A stretch of 64,000 nt of DNA from Octopus sinensis (taxonomy: Eukaryota). The notes under the pieces were generated by a model. It worked only from the letters and a program-made list of their open reading frames with translations. It was not told the origin of the DNA and ran no database searches. Each line of letters begins with the position of its first letter. Position 1 is the first letter of the stretch. This document shows positions 14,801 through 26,375 of the stretch, piece after piece. The translations under genes were made by a program, and so were the position numbers. The stretch is from contig NW_021833441.1 of assembly GCF_006345805.1 (NCBI RefSeq), forward strand, positions 88,963-152,962, given 5' to 3'.

Positions 14801-17800
14801 CTTCTTCCAACAAAATAGAGAATTCAGAATAAACACAAAACGTTTTTACAGAGAGTTAAACAAAGAAGACTATATCAATAGACATCATGCCAACGACATC
14901 AGTGATTCAGTTATACTGGGAAGCAATATGGAACAAACCAAAACAATACAACAAAAATACTTAGTAAATTAATAGGGAAACGGGTAGGAAGAATACAACA
15001 GAACTACAGATATGTCCCACAATCACAAGCCAAGAGATCACGGACAACTGAGGAGTACCAGCCACTGGAAAACTTTAGGAATAAAGAAGGTTTCCAACTT
15101 CTAGTTGAAACACCCCAAAAGTACCCATAACCACGCAGCAACAGCATTCAATTTATTGATGAACCAGAATCAACATCAAACTGAATGCTGGAAAAATAAA
15201 GATACCGCACTGCCACAAAATTATAGACCAATAATATACCTATCAACATCAAACGAAACCCTAGCATCAGTAATCCATAACCGGCTTATAAAGCATCTGG
15301 AAAACTACAATGTTTTACCAGAAGTAAAAAAAATGTATCGGATAGGAATGCATGGCTGTAAGGAGCAACCTCTGGTAAACCGAGCCATTACAGAGGACTG
15401 TAAGAGGAGAAAGACAAACTTGAACATGACTTGGATTGATTACCAGAAAGCATTCGACAGCATTCCACACTCATGTATACAGGAATTTCTCCACACGAAT
15501 AAGATAGCCTCACCACTACCAAAATATTTTAAACACGCAATGGCAAATCGGAAAAATCAGTATAACATTAAAACTTACCCTACCCCGTTAGAAGAGGGAT
15601 TTTTCAGGGAGACTCACTGTCAGACCCCTGCAGTACTGCCTTTCTCCGCCCCCGCTAACAGACTTGTTAAGCAAACCCACTATGCTATGGACAAAAAATA
15701 AAACACCTCCTGTACATGGGTGACCTAAAGATTTTCTCTAAAAGTACTATGGAACAGAGAAACCTTACCAAAATTGTCCATAGTTTCAGTAAGGACATAG
15801 AAATGAGCATGCGGCTGGACAAAATGTGCCAGATTCACACCGAGAGAGGCAAATTAATCAGTACTGAAAACTCTGCACTCAACATAGACACAGAAATTAA
15901 AGAATTAGACCAAGATCGCTTATTCAAATATCTGGGAATATACGAAACAGCTAAAATACAACACAGAGAAATGAAAGAAACTTAGGAGAGAGTATTACAG
16001 AAGAGTTAAACTAATATTAAACACTGAACTTAATGCTAAAAAAATAAGATAATAGGGATAAACACGCTAGTCATACCAGTCACAAATTATAGCTTTAACA
16101 TAATAAACAGGAAGATCAGTAAATTGAGAAACCTGGATAGAAAATTAAGAAGACTACTAACAGCGCACCGAAGTCACCACACCAAAGCAGACGCAAGCAT
16201 AATATATTTATCCCACTTAGAAGGAGATTGTGACCTGATTCAGATAGAAAAATTACAATAAAATAACAACTGTTGGACTAAGGAAGTTCTTAGAGACAAA
16301 GTGTGGGAGACTATTGCATGTAGTAATGCAACACGAGAATGAAACAGAAACAAAGTTCACTGATACATTGATTTCAGATGATAGTATGGCGGAAATATTC
16401 AAAGAGATAAAAAAGAAACCTATGAAAATAGAATTACAAAAGATACTGAAGAAGAAATGAAGGGAAAATCACTCCGTTGCCAATATCTTGCAAGGCTTGA
16501 CCAAGAGGAAGTGAGCCTCAGTAAAAGTCAAAAATGGCTCAAAAGCTCAGGTCTAAAAGCTGAAACGGAAGGATTGATTCGCGCTGCACAAGACCAATCT
16601 CTCACTACAAACAGTTATAAAAACAAAATAAGGAAAATAGGCCCCAACACCAAATGCACAACGTGCAACCAAGACAATAAGACAGTTGAGCACATCGTTA
16701 CGTGCTGCCCAGTCTTTGCCAAGTCTGAATAGATATACAGACACAATAAGGTAAGCAGTTATATCCATTAGACAATATGCCAAAATTACATTAAAACTGA
16801 CAATAGGTGGTATAAGCATATGCCAAAGAAGCTACAAGACAACGATCAGGCCACAATCATCTGGAATAGGACGGTTCAAACCAGCAAAGAAATGACAGCT
16901 AATCACCCAGACATGATAATCAAGGATTGGGGAAAACATTTGCTTACTGATAGACGGTGCAGTACCTTCTGATAAAATAGATAAATACAATCCTCTTAAG
17001 TACGAAATAGCCCGGCTATAGTAAATGAAGAAGGGGAAGATAGTGCCAATTGTTGCCAGGTCCTTGGGAACAGTATCAGAAGGAATCAAGTGGAATATAG
17101 AGGAAATTGTAACAGAGTGCCTATCAGAACTGTTACAAAAGGTTTGCCTCCTTGGCACAGCCAGATTAATCAGACAAGTATTTGCTGAAAAGAACGGATA
17201 GCATAGTAGCCTAGGCTGCAGATGGAAAGCCCGCTATGCATGCAAGACTCCGAGAGTTCAAACAAAACCTGTGATAAAAAGAAATTTGATAATGGAATGT
17301 ATGAACCTATTTGGTATTGCATCGAATATTGAGCGGTTGCTCGGAAAAATTATGGCGAATTGGAGGACGGACCTGACAGAAGTTTAGGGAGAGTTGAAAT
17401 CAGGAGGGGTATCTTCCAAGGGGACTGCCTGTCACCACTGATCTTTGTAGTGTGCTTGATACCACTAACACTGATACTGAGGAAAGCAAAAGTTGGGTAT
17501 GCATTCAAAAGCCGCCAACAAAAAGTCAATCATTTGTTATTCATGGATGATATCAAACTTTATGGTAAAGATGAAACCCAAGTCAGTTCCATCGTTGATA
17601 CGGTGTATACCTTCAGTGCTGATATTAGAATGGAGTTCGGACTGAGAAAGTGTGGTGTGTTAGATTTGAAGAGAGGCAAAATCAAATGAATGCACGGACT
17701 AACGATACCGTCGGAGGAGGTTATGAAGCAGAATAGAAGAGACGGGCTATAAGTACTTGGGGGATTTTGGAAATGGATAAATTGACGGAGAAAGAAATGA

Positions 17801-19049
17801 CAGAAAAATTTAAGGAGGAGTACTTGCACAGACTGAGACTGATCCTTAAGTCGAAATTAAATGGACGGAATAAGATGGAAGCTATCAACACCTGGGCGGT
17901 TTTAATCTTTAGATATGGAGCAGGGGAAATCGCATGGACAGTCGCGGAACTATACAGCTTAGACAGAAAGGCAAGGAAGCTGCTTGCCAGATATGAGATA
18001 CTCTACATAAAAAGTGTCACAAACAGACTATATGTACCAAGAGAAAAGACGGGGAAGAGGACTGACTGGATGCGAACACAGCATTAGAACAGAAGAAAAC
18101 AACATAACAAAATGCTACAGAACCGTTTTTATTAGAAGAAGGTGAGGCTTGTGTAGGATGAAATATTGCAAAGATAAAGCACTGTACAAGCAATTGAAAA
18201 CCAATGAAACTGAAAATAGGTGGGTAAAGAAAATAGTGCATGGACCATTTCATAGGGATGTTGAAATTAAGACAGACAGAGAAAAAAGATGGCTGTGGAT
18301 GACTTCAAATGATTTAAAACCGGAAACTGAGATTCTAATCTGTACTGCCCAAGTGCAAGCACTAAGAACAAACTACATAAAATACAGGGTAGACAACACA
18401 GTAGAAAGTGATAAGTGGAGAATCTTTGAAACCGCATGGCATATTACCAGCCAATGTATGCCACTAGCACAGAAGGAATATATGAGACGCCACGACAATA
18501 TAGCAAGGCTTGTCCATTGGACACTTTGCAACAAGTATGGACTTGACAGAGGAAAAAATTGGTACGACCTCAAGCCCGAAAGCATCATCGAAAAGGATAA
18601 TGCAAAAACCTTGTGGGATTTTATGACTCAGTGCAACCATGAGATAGAGACTAGGAAGCCAGACATAGTCTTAATTGAGAAAGAAAAGAAACTATGCTGG
18701 ATCATAGATATAACATGCCCAGCTGACAACAAGGTATGCGATAAGGAAGAAAGAAAAGTCGATAGATATGACAGGTTAGCTTGGGAGGTAAAACAGTTGT
18801 GGTCGATGAAGAAGGTGGTAGTAGTACCAATTATTGTCGGAGCCTTGGGAACAGTGAGTAAAAATCTCGAGACGTTCATGGAAAAAATAGGGGCTACAAT
18901 AAGGGTGCAGCTCTTGCAGAAAACAACACTGCATGGAACCGCTTGAATATTCCGGAAGGTGCTCGTAAAAAAGAGGTGTTACTTTAGTTCAATGGTAGTG
19001 AACAGCTGACAACGTAGTACATCTCCAGCGTTAGAAACTGTGCAAAGGC

Positions 19050-19105
<56 letters not shown>

Positions 19106-19110
19106 TGATG

Positions 19111-19190
<80 letters not shown>

Positions 19191-19209
19191 TAATAATAAT
19201 AATAATAAA

Positions 19210-19283
<74 letters not shown>

Positions 19284-22200
19284 CTTTTCTTGAGTTTGTA
19301 AGTCATGTAATAGAAGATAACTATTTCATTTTCATTTCAGTACATTTTAATATTTCTATATGCCTTTGAGTCTGTCTCATTTGGTGTGTTTTAACCGATA
19401 CCAAATAATCCATTGATAAGGAGGCAATCAGGTAATCCCTAAAGCAAAAAAAAATCTCAATTCGATTGTTCCTATTCAGTTATATGTGGTCGAACTATTG
19501 TCTGAGTAGAAATTAGAGGAAAGATGAATAAGAGAAGACTGAACCTCGAGCAGACAGGTACGAATGTAGGCCATGCCCACCACTACATACTGCAGCAGAT
19601 TTATTCGAAAGGAGAAATGAGAAAGTGATAATTAAAATAACAGCAACCAAAACGATATTTGCAGATAAAACATGAGGTAAGTTTACATGTTCTTCTTTCG
19701 GTCTTAAATTATTCTTTACATATAAGCACTAAGGGAATATACTAATATTACAATGTTAAAACATATTAAAGAGTTGCTCAAAAATAAGAATTCAAGTTAT
19801 TATTTTTATGGAATATTAATGAAATTATTATTTTTAGAGGATGAAAATTTTTCTATGTTCCATGTATCAGAATTGGTAAAGTAAAATTAAGTAGAATGTA
19901 GTTAGAGAACCTTTAGATGACATTCTACATATAATGTGGAATCATAAGACAAAAAATGGTGAAAGGTTAAATGTATTGGGCAAACAGATTACAGCTGACA
20001 GAAGAGAAAGAGATGTGATGCAAAATATTGATGACATACTAGATATAGAAGATATACTAGATACAGATGATATACTGGACAGAGACGACATACAAGATAT
20101 GGATAAGTCTACTATATGTTACTAATTTGGAATATATAAATTACCAGATACTAGATATAGGTGACATATTAGTTAAAGCTGGCAAACGGACTTGTCACAT
20201 AAGTATTATGGTTACATTTCCAAGGTACTACTCACCTGCAAGATATTTCTGGGGAAAATACCAGGTATATTTGAGAGTTTTACTAATAAAAATCCTTAAA
20301 TATATCTGGACATTTTAGCAGATACATCTGAAATTGTAAGTATTGGAAATATTTTTCTCCCCATTTTACGAAAATAATCTTCTGAACCCGATAGGCTTTG
20401 TTCAAACCAATACCGAGTATTAATTTAATTTTTAATTTACTTTAGAATCTTATATATGTAGATCTACATGTAATATATACACATATATACACATATATAT
20501 ACATGCATCCATATATATACACCCATACACACATACACACACACATACATAGGTGCAGGTGTGGCTGTGTGGTAACGAACTTCGTTCCAAAACACATGGT
20601 CCTGGGTTCAGTCCCACTGTGTGGTGACTTGGCATGTATCTTCTGCTATAGCCTCAGACCAACAAAAGCCTTGCCACTGGATTTTGTAGACAGAAACTGA
20701 AAGAAATCAATCGTATATATATGCATGTATATATGTAAGTCTGTGTGTGTCTTTGTGTTTTTCCCTCATCACTGCCTCACAACTGTGTTCGTTTATTTAC
20801 ATCCCTATAACGTACTGGTATCACAAGAAGAAACTGATAGAATATCAGGCTTTTGATAACCAGGCTTATCAAAATATAAAGAAACACTTGGCAGTAACTC
20901 ATATTTTTGTTTGCCCACACAATTTATCTTTGTGTTTGTGTGTGTGTGTGTGTGTATACATATATATATATATGGATTTCATAGACAGAAACTTAAAGAA
21001 ATCAATCGTATATATATGTATATATATATATTTAAGTGTATGTGTATGACTTTGTTTCTGTGTTTAACCCACATCACTGCGTCACAACTGTTGTTCGTTT
21101 ATTTACATCCCCATAACTTACTGGTTTCACAAGAAAAAGCTAATAGAATAAATACCAGGCTTATCAACATAAAAAAGCACCTCGCTGTGTCTCATATTTT
21201 TGTTTGCCCACTCAGTTGTGTCTATCAAATTATCTTTGTGTATATATATATATAATACACACACACGCACACACATATATATATATACACACATGTATGT
21301 ATATGTGCATATTCATATCTAATATATCAAAGTCAATGTCTTTATGTGTGTTCGTGTATTATTTATACATTCGAAAACTGCTGCACCGATCATAATGAAA
21401 TTTGGAACACAAAATCGAAGCCTAGGGAGAAGGGCAATGCTGTGTGTTTCATACAATTTCATGGAACAAAATTACTGAATGGATCTTTATGATATTTGAA
21501 ACTTAGATTCAATGCATAAGGGCGGGTATAATGCAATATGCTTGGTTTGAATTTCAGATGGCTTAAAGGGGGCACAACCCTCCATAAAAATTCATAAATT
21601 TTCGATGGTGATGCAATTTCAACCATAGGTAATTGACACACATCAAGAAGTATTCTCAAAGTTTCCACTTCACATGAGGATTCTAAGATACCCTAATGGG
21701 GGCCTTAAACTCCCAAATTTTAGTCATTTCTTTTATGATCCAAAATTAGGTCAAAAGTACTGAATCGATCTTTACGAAATTTGGAAATTATATTCTATGC
21801 ATAAGGGTCACAATCCCCATGACAAGTCATATATTTTTGCTGTTGATGACATTTTTACCATAGATATTAGACACAAATGAAGTAATATTTATAAAATTTC
21901 ATCTTCTTACAAATTAGAAAGACCCCTTCATGGGGACTTAACACCCACAATTTTGTCATTTTATCCAAGCAAAGACGAATAGTTGTACTCTTGGAAGCTG
22001 TGGGGGTCATCCTAGCATAGAAGATGAGCATTATTTGTAATTCAATGGTACAACAGTGTAACAGTTTGCTTTGACATACACTTAGACTGTGATTTCTGCA
22101 ATGTGCTGTATAAATTGTTAAGTAAATGAGAAGTATCTTAGCCTCCACTGATTCAGTTGAAAAGTGTTGAGTAAAGTTACTTGATTGCAGATCTCCTTTC

Positions 22201-22988
22201 AGTCTTTTATTGTCACTGGGTCATACGTAGTCGCCACATGGTAACATTGATTTCAAGGCCTTCCCAGATGAGTGACTGGTTATTCAAAGACATTTATAGA
22301 TTGTATAGTTATTCTGTCCAGTTATGTATCAGTATAGTGGTCATTTGCAAACTCCAACTTTCATTTCTCCTTAGCCCTCACGTCACACAGTTGTTAATGT
22401 TTATTTCAGTTGGGTCACGCTCTTCCAATTGCTATAGATTCGTAATGCATCTTACGGATGTACCTGTCACCTGCATGGGGAGGAATACTACATTGGGAGT
22501 GGTAACGACTAGGGTACTGTAGCTGACTGCTTATTGTGATCATTCGTCGTTTGGTTTCCTATAGCTTTGCTCTCTTTTACAAAACCAGTGAACATATATT
22601 TCCTATTCAAAGAAATCCAAACAATTGATATAAGACCCAAGTTAAAAAGATTCTCAAAAATTCAACTTCTCTGGTTGACATTAAGATGCCTACCCCCAAT
22701 AGGGGTGTTAACACTTTAGAGCTCCATGCCCTCCATTTTTCAGGAACAAAATCCTTTTAACAGGTTCTATAAGACTGGAATTTTGGAATATGCGCATAAA
22801 AATCAGCAGTATGGGATACATGTGGCACGATTACAATTTTTTTAGGGTGTGTACAGAGGGAAATAACCCTCATCTGCAATTTTGGTGAAATTCGAAACAT
22901 AGGTATTCCAGTTCCTTACAGAAAATATAACAGAAAAGTTTAATTCTTCAATTGTATGTAACACGGGCAATGCCGGGTAACTCTGCTA

Positions 22989-23030
<42 letters not shown>

Positions 23031-25352
23031 ATATGAGTTAACTTTTAAATTAAAACTTAGATAGGACACATTAAATTCCAATATCCAAACATTGTTTCGG
23101 GTAAGACCCAGGGAGTGTGCCAGCAGAGCACAATCACCACTATGGCTACCAGATGTGGACCGTGTTAATGCGCTTTCGTCTCTGGATTTATGTAAGGGAT
23201 TCTTTGATGTACGAGGGGCGTTCAACAAGTAATGCCCCTGACCCACTTCCCATAGTAGTAGAGCAACGAAACTTGGCACAGTCTTTTTCTACATAGAAAC
23301 CACCCAGAGTTACGCATTTCTCCCATCGTTTGATGCAGCTCTGGAGACCGTTTTTGTAGAAGACCCCAGCTTGGTCCTCCAACCACGACGTGACTTCAGT
23401 CATCAAGGCTGCATCATCTGGGAAACACTTTCCTTTCAAAAACAACTTCATGGCTGGGAAGAGGTGAAAATCAGAGGGTGCAAGGTCAGGATGGGGGAGG
23501 AGTTCATAGCCGCACGCCTGTGCTTCTGATCTGGTGACACGTGAGTTGTGGACCGGAGTGTTGTCCTGCAGGAGGAGGATGCTTTTGCTGATCTTGCCCC
23601 GCCACTTGATTTTGATAGCTTTTCTTAATTTCCTGAAAAGTGAAGCATAATAAGCTCCTGTAATTATGGTACCCTTTACCAGGAAATCTGTCATCACTAC
23701 TCCGTCCTGGTCCCAGAAGACTGTGAGCATGACCTTGCCAGCGGAGGGCTGCACCTTGCTTCTTTTGGAGGAGGTGAGTCACGGTGCTTTCCATTGACTG
23801 GGGCTTTGGTCTCTGGATCATAGTGATGGACCCAGGTTTCATCCTGTGTAATCAGTCTTTCAAAAAATTTTGACTCATCTTCTTGGCACATCTCCAAATT
23901 CATCCTCGAGCACTCGACGCGTTCTTGCTTCTGGAAAGGTGTGAGCAACCTGGGAATCCATCTGGCAAACACCTTTTGCATATGAAAATGATCATAAATG
24001 ATAGTTTCCACAGACCTGGTACTAATCTTGACCTCATGGGCTATTTGGCGAATAGTTATGCGTCGATCTTCCAAATTGGCAGCCTCAACCTGACGGATAG
24101 ATGCCTCATGAATGGCAAAAGGGGGTTGACCAGATCTGGGAGCTGTTTCCACAGAGTTCCGACCCTGTTTGAATTCACGATGCCAGCGTTTTACAAGGAC
24201 ATATGATGGGGCATCATCACCATAAGTTACTTTCATTTAATCAAAAGTCTCCCGTGGTGTGTGTCCTTTCAAATACAAAAACCGGATCACTGCTCGACAC
24301 TCAAAAGGCTCCATTTCACACTTGACTCAGTTTAAACACCTGTAAATCAGAAACCACAATTAATTCAGAGTTGTAATTTGCCACTTAATCTATAGGGATA
24401 GACAGAATTACACATGCAAAATTTCAGCTCGATCAAACAACTGCAAGTGGGTCAGGAGCATAACTTATTGAACGTCCCTCGTACGTTGGGTATATTTTAA
24501 ATGATTCATATGGAAGACGGAGTGAAACTAGCAGCTTTATTGCTTTATCTAGCACAACAATCGTTTCAGCTGCCTTTTCCACAACTCACTAGTGGGTGGG
24601 GAACGATGTAATGACATCAGATGCATCGCGCAGTATAGGAAGCCTCATCAGATGACGTAATATGATTCGAAAGTTATAAGTTTTACATTTCATCCCAAGT
24701 TAGATGCTGGTGGTATTGTGGTGTGTTACTAGTAGTTCACAAACATTGGTGAAGTGAGGATACTGGTGGTCAGTTGATAAGAAAATAAAAAATAGAAAAA
24801 AATATACTGTAAATGGAGGGTAAAAAATATTGTTTAAATATATTTGCTTATTTATTTGACTATTATCATTAACCTGAAGATTGACTATAATTATAATTCG
24901 AATTTTTAATGAAATTTAAATTATTATAATTTGAATTGGGTTATGGCCACGAAACGTACGTAGTGGTTTTACTTATTATATTATATTATATTAAACTTTT
25001 TAATACTTTTTGATAGTTATATAAAAAAAATTAGCAAAATTAAAATATAAAAATCATTTTTAAATTAAAAAATTAAAAGTTTAAAAATTAAAAATTAAAA
25101 ATTTAAAAAATATAAAAATTTATAAATATAAATTAAAAATTTTTAATTTAAATAATTTAAATTTTAAATTTTATATATTTTGTATATTATATGAATTATA
25201 TTTATTTTTATGTTTTGGTTTATATTCTTCACTGTTTGATTTGCTTCATTGTGGTTTTATCTCTAATTTAATTTATATTTATACTGTGAAATTTGATTTA
25301 ATCCTTAATCTAATTTTTCCCTGTATGTTTGGATTTATTCCCTAATATTATA

Positions 25353-25400
<48 letters not shown>

Positions 25401-25579
25401 CATGTAAAACCCATATTGTGCACATAAAGTGTCGTTGTTATTTTATTTTTATATTTTATCATTATTAATCTTTTTCTGTTTGGTTAGTATACACACTAAA
25501 ACTGTAATATATAGGTAATAATGATATATATGTGCGTGTGCATGTTTATGTCTGTATATACACACACCGGCCACACGCG

Positions 25580-25634
<55 letters not shown>

Positions 25635-25972
25635 GTTTGTAGGTCGGTATGTTGGCCACTCTGTCAATTCCAGTTTATTATTGTATTTATAAACATGAAG
25701 GAAACTAGGTCAAACCAATTGTCATGGTATTTGAAAATAAACTTTACAATGATAAAGCACAATGCTCGGAAATCGTGTTGATCCGCTGAAATTTAGACCA
25801 ACTCATCGCTATATTTTACCACCTACACTTAGCAAAGAACTGATAATTTGGTGAACTCATTTTATGATTTTAATTTTCCAACAAAGAGACTTGTCCTTAC
25901 ATTGTCTTTATACTGGGCAGGAATAGGAAAGCGCCATCTTCATACTTTTGTATTTGGTTGTTTTGCAACTTT
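1618..25972 (-). CDS. Partial multi-exon gene (6 exons seen): LRR / LRRCT / Ly6-uPAR (LU) / SEA-like ectodomain protein, probably a cell-surface receptor (adhesion-GPCR-like)
   Basis: Manual splicing of six GT-AG exons with matching phases (2,1,0,1,0) gives an open 639-nt frame: KLQNNQIQKYEDGAFLFLPSIKTINLENNKIMTCGCHLPAFVNHIKKVYNRSVTVRGKCQDATGATIPILNYAQCKDYSLFQRNLQCQTCSKMTCNESSVTSCPGAEPVCRFAMSMNGVTMKIEKSCSTYRKCVEAMRNNTLTCNKWTNGTSCVGCCVGNLCNKNDFLDWTNFFVFHLTLKKFSEYKISAENLSKAMERELTTTGTFTIEYCG. No start or stop found. The GPCR assignment is inference. Confidence 0.85.
2825..2960 (-). mobile_element. SINE-like dispersed repeat fragment (related to copies at 13050-13360)
   Basis: cccgaaaggacgaaaggcagagtc is the reverse complement of the gactttgcctttcatc...gggtcga motif at 13061 and 13238. 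Confidence 0.6.
3038..3473 (+). mobile_element. tRNA-derived SINE, near full length
   Basis: Head GGCGCAGGAGTGGCTGTG with A-box-like segment and B-box GGTTCAGTCCC; internal (TA)n/(TG)n; (GTAAAAGA)n tail; further copies at 20550, 28175 and 53808. Confidence 0.85.
3830..3912 (-). CDS. Exon (DWTNFFVFHLTLKKFSEYKISAENLSKA), start of putative SEA-like domain
   Basis: 83 nt, strong pyrimidine tract ttctttatccttccatAG, donor GTgagt; phase 1 in, phase 0 out fits both neighbours. Confidence 0.85.
4110..4690 (-). mobile_element. Penelope-like (Naiad-like) RT fragment
   Basis: ORF 4334..4555 reads ELLGLYIL...IGLYRDDGL (RT YxDD motif). Confidence 0.8.
4691..6030 (+). mobile_element. Penelope-like (Naiad-like) 3' fragment (thumb, decayed GIY-YIG, 3' UTR)
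   Basis: HPPVVIKQLVNNISRRVS, NPPYS and HxxxF..LSNLIW-like motifs in broken frames; ~90 bp is an inverted match to 4120-4210. Confidence 0.7.
6238..6421 (-). CDS. Exon: C-terminal part of Ly6/uPAR domain (PVC...CCVGNLCN)
   Basis: 184 nt inside ORF 6179..6610; acceptor ttattacAG, donor GTaagt; canonical CCxxxLCN terminus. Confidence 0.92.
8330..8421 (-). CDS. Exon: N-terminal part of Ly6/uPAR domain (YSLFQRNLQCQTCSKMTCNESSVTSCPGAE)
   Basis: 92 nt, acceptor ttctgtAG, donor GTaaac; LxCxxC start motif of LU domains. Confidence 0.9.
8912..9150. repeat. (TATG)n microsatellite
   Basis: Direct reading; it generates the MYVC/HTYI junk ORFs. Confidence 0.95.
9190..9250 (-). ncRNA. Type I hammerhead ribozyme-like motif (Penelope-type)
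   Basis: Minus strand: GATAA-CTGAAGA-GATG(..)CATC-C-GAAA-CTCGGTG-TT-TTATC. Stem I GATAA/TTATC is perfect and the core boxes are intact; stem III is weak. Confidence 0.7.
9342..10485 (-). mobile_element. Tc1/mariner DD37D (maT-like) transposon, degenerate, with TIRs
   Basis: TIRs CGGT(G)TCATCGA-AAAGGTTTCCG at both ends; broken transposase MATLQQKVQYVLW...VQRRFRR, SDEATF, FQQDGAPAH, WPxxxSDLTPMDF. Confidence 0.85.
10820..11375. mobile_element. Decayed interspersed repeat, probably a Penelope-like terminal region
   Basis: GC-richer block between TA tracts with no intact domain; the family call is tentative. Confidence 0.35.
11930..12350 (+). mobile_element. Highly decayed Penelope-like GIY-YIG/3' fragment
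   Basis: Remnant spacing resembles the GIY-YIG end of Penelope elements; no open frame. Confidence 0.35.
12715..13050 (-). mobile_element. RTE-clade LINE 3' coding fragment
   Basis: Minus translation VPILTYCHKCW..IEAAEMGFLRRISGVTLLD..LRLYGHAIRMS. Confidence 0.7.
13050..13360 (+). mobile_element. Two adjacent SINE-like repeat fragments
   Basis: The motif ctttgcctttcat..ggggtcgataaattaagtaccagtt occurs twice. Confidence 0.65.
13916..14073 (-). CDS. Exon: last LRR plus LRR C-terminal cap (NLENNKIMTCGCHL...GKC...QCK)
   Basis: 158 nt, acceptor aattacAG, donor GTtagg; CxC...C...C LRRCT cysteine pattern; phase 2 in, phase 1 out. Confidence 0.9.
14740..17293 (+). mobile_element. Dong/R4-clade non-LTR retrotransposon copy 1 (RT plus restriction-like endonuclease), decayed
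   Basis: NYRPI, GCKEQ, WIDYQKAFDSIPH, YMGDLK (YMDD), GLKAETEGLIRAAQDQ, CxxC..HIxxxC, RHN and PD motifs. Confidence 0.88.
17294..19049 (+). mobile_element. Dong/R4-clade non-LTR retrotransposon copy 2, 5'-truncated
   Basis: RGIFQGDCLSPL, LFMDDIKLY, LKPETE..AQ.QAL, RRHD, RKPDIV..IIDITCP, VVPIIVGALG; ends directly in (TAA)n. Confidence 0.9.
19050..19283. repeat. (TAA)n tract, the tail or target of the Dong element
   Basis: Direct reading. Confidence 0.95.
20025..20170 (+). repeat. Degenerate 18-bp tandem repeat (GATATACTAGATATAGAA-like)
   Basis: Units gacatactagatatagaa, gatatactagatacagat, gatatactggacagagac. Confidence 0.6.
20550..21240 (+). mobile_element. Decayed tRNA-SINE with tandem duplication of its 3' half
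   Basis: SINE head at 20550; 20680-20940 is repeated at 20975-21240. Confidence 0.7.
21318..22989 (+). mobile_element. Helitron, non-autonomous or decayed
   Basis: 3' hairpin CACGGGCAATGCCGGG followed by CTAG-T at 22986-22990; candidate 5' TC(TAATATATCAAAG) near 21318 is uncertain. Confidence 0.55.
23212..24481 (-). mobile_element. mariner (DD34D) transposon, full length, frameshifted
   Basis: TA target sites; ~35-bp TIRs CGAGGGGCGTTCAA.AAGT.ATG..CCTGACCCACTT; WIPRLL, TQDETW, QDN, PDLAPSDFHLF. Confidence 0.95.
24560..24657 (-). ncRNA. Hammerhead-like motif with long stem II, degenerate
   Basis: Minus strand: CAT-CTGATGA-GGCT...AGCT-GAAA-CGATTG-TT; stems I and III are imperfect. Confidence 0.45.
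24824..25489 (+). repeat. Left arm of long inverted repeat
   Basis: Reverse complement of 26200-26898 with few mismatches. Confidence 0.92.
24868..24968 (+). ncRNA. Type I hammerhead-like motif (mirror copy at 26751-26850 on -)
   Basis: AAC-CTGAAGA-T-TGACTATAA...TTATGGCCA-C-GAAA-CGTACG-TA-GTGGTT; palindromic stem III typical of Penelope hammerheads; stem I is mismatched. Confidence 0.6.
25901..25972 (-). CDS. Exon: single leucine-rich repeat (KLQNNQIQKYEDGAFLFLPSIKTI)
   Basis: 72-nt phase 2-2 exon, the typical LRR exon size; acceptor ttttcAG, donor GTaagg; LxxNxIxxxxxxAFxxLxxLxxL pattern. Confidence 0.9.
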
Positions 25973-26199
25973 CTGAAAATAAAGAGACAAATATTACACA
26001 CGTTAAGATAAGTAAAAGTAAATAAATTTGTTTTCTGTTGTTCGATACTGTCTAAATTGCTCTTTTGTCAACACCAAGAGAATAAAAACTGATGCTCACA
26101 GACAATTGTTTATTTCTCTTCATAGTTCTCATAGAAATGTTGTTTGAACAGGAGTAAGTTTCTTCATTCTAACTTAATTATCCTTAAAGAATACATTCT

Positions 26200-26304
26200 A
26201 CTAACCAAACAGAAAAAGATTAATAATGATAAAATATAAAAATAAAATAACAACGACACTTTATGTGCACAATATGGGTTTTACATGTATTATATATATA
26301 ATAA

Positions 26305-26375
<71 letters not shown>

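Larger units (their letters stand above)
24530..25350. mobile_element. Penelope-like terminal-repeat remnants containing hammerhead-like motifs
   Basis: Hammerhead cores at 24560-24657 (-) and 24868-24968 (+); the AT-rich block also occurs at 44275-44460. Confidence 0.55.

Noticed and set aside
24960-25330. Extremely AT-rich block resembling a mitochondrial control region (NUMT)
   Set aside because: No mitochondrial tRNA, rRNA or protein sequence nearby; the block recurs at 44275-44460 and follows a hammerhead, which fits a Penelope terminus.
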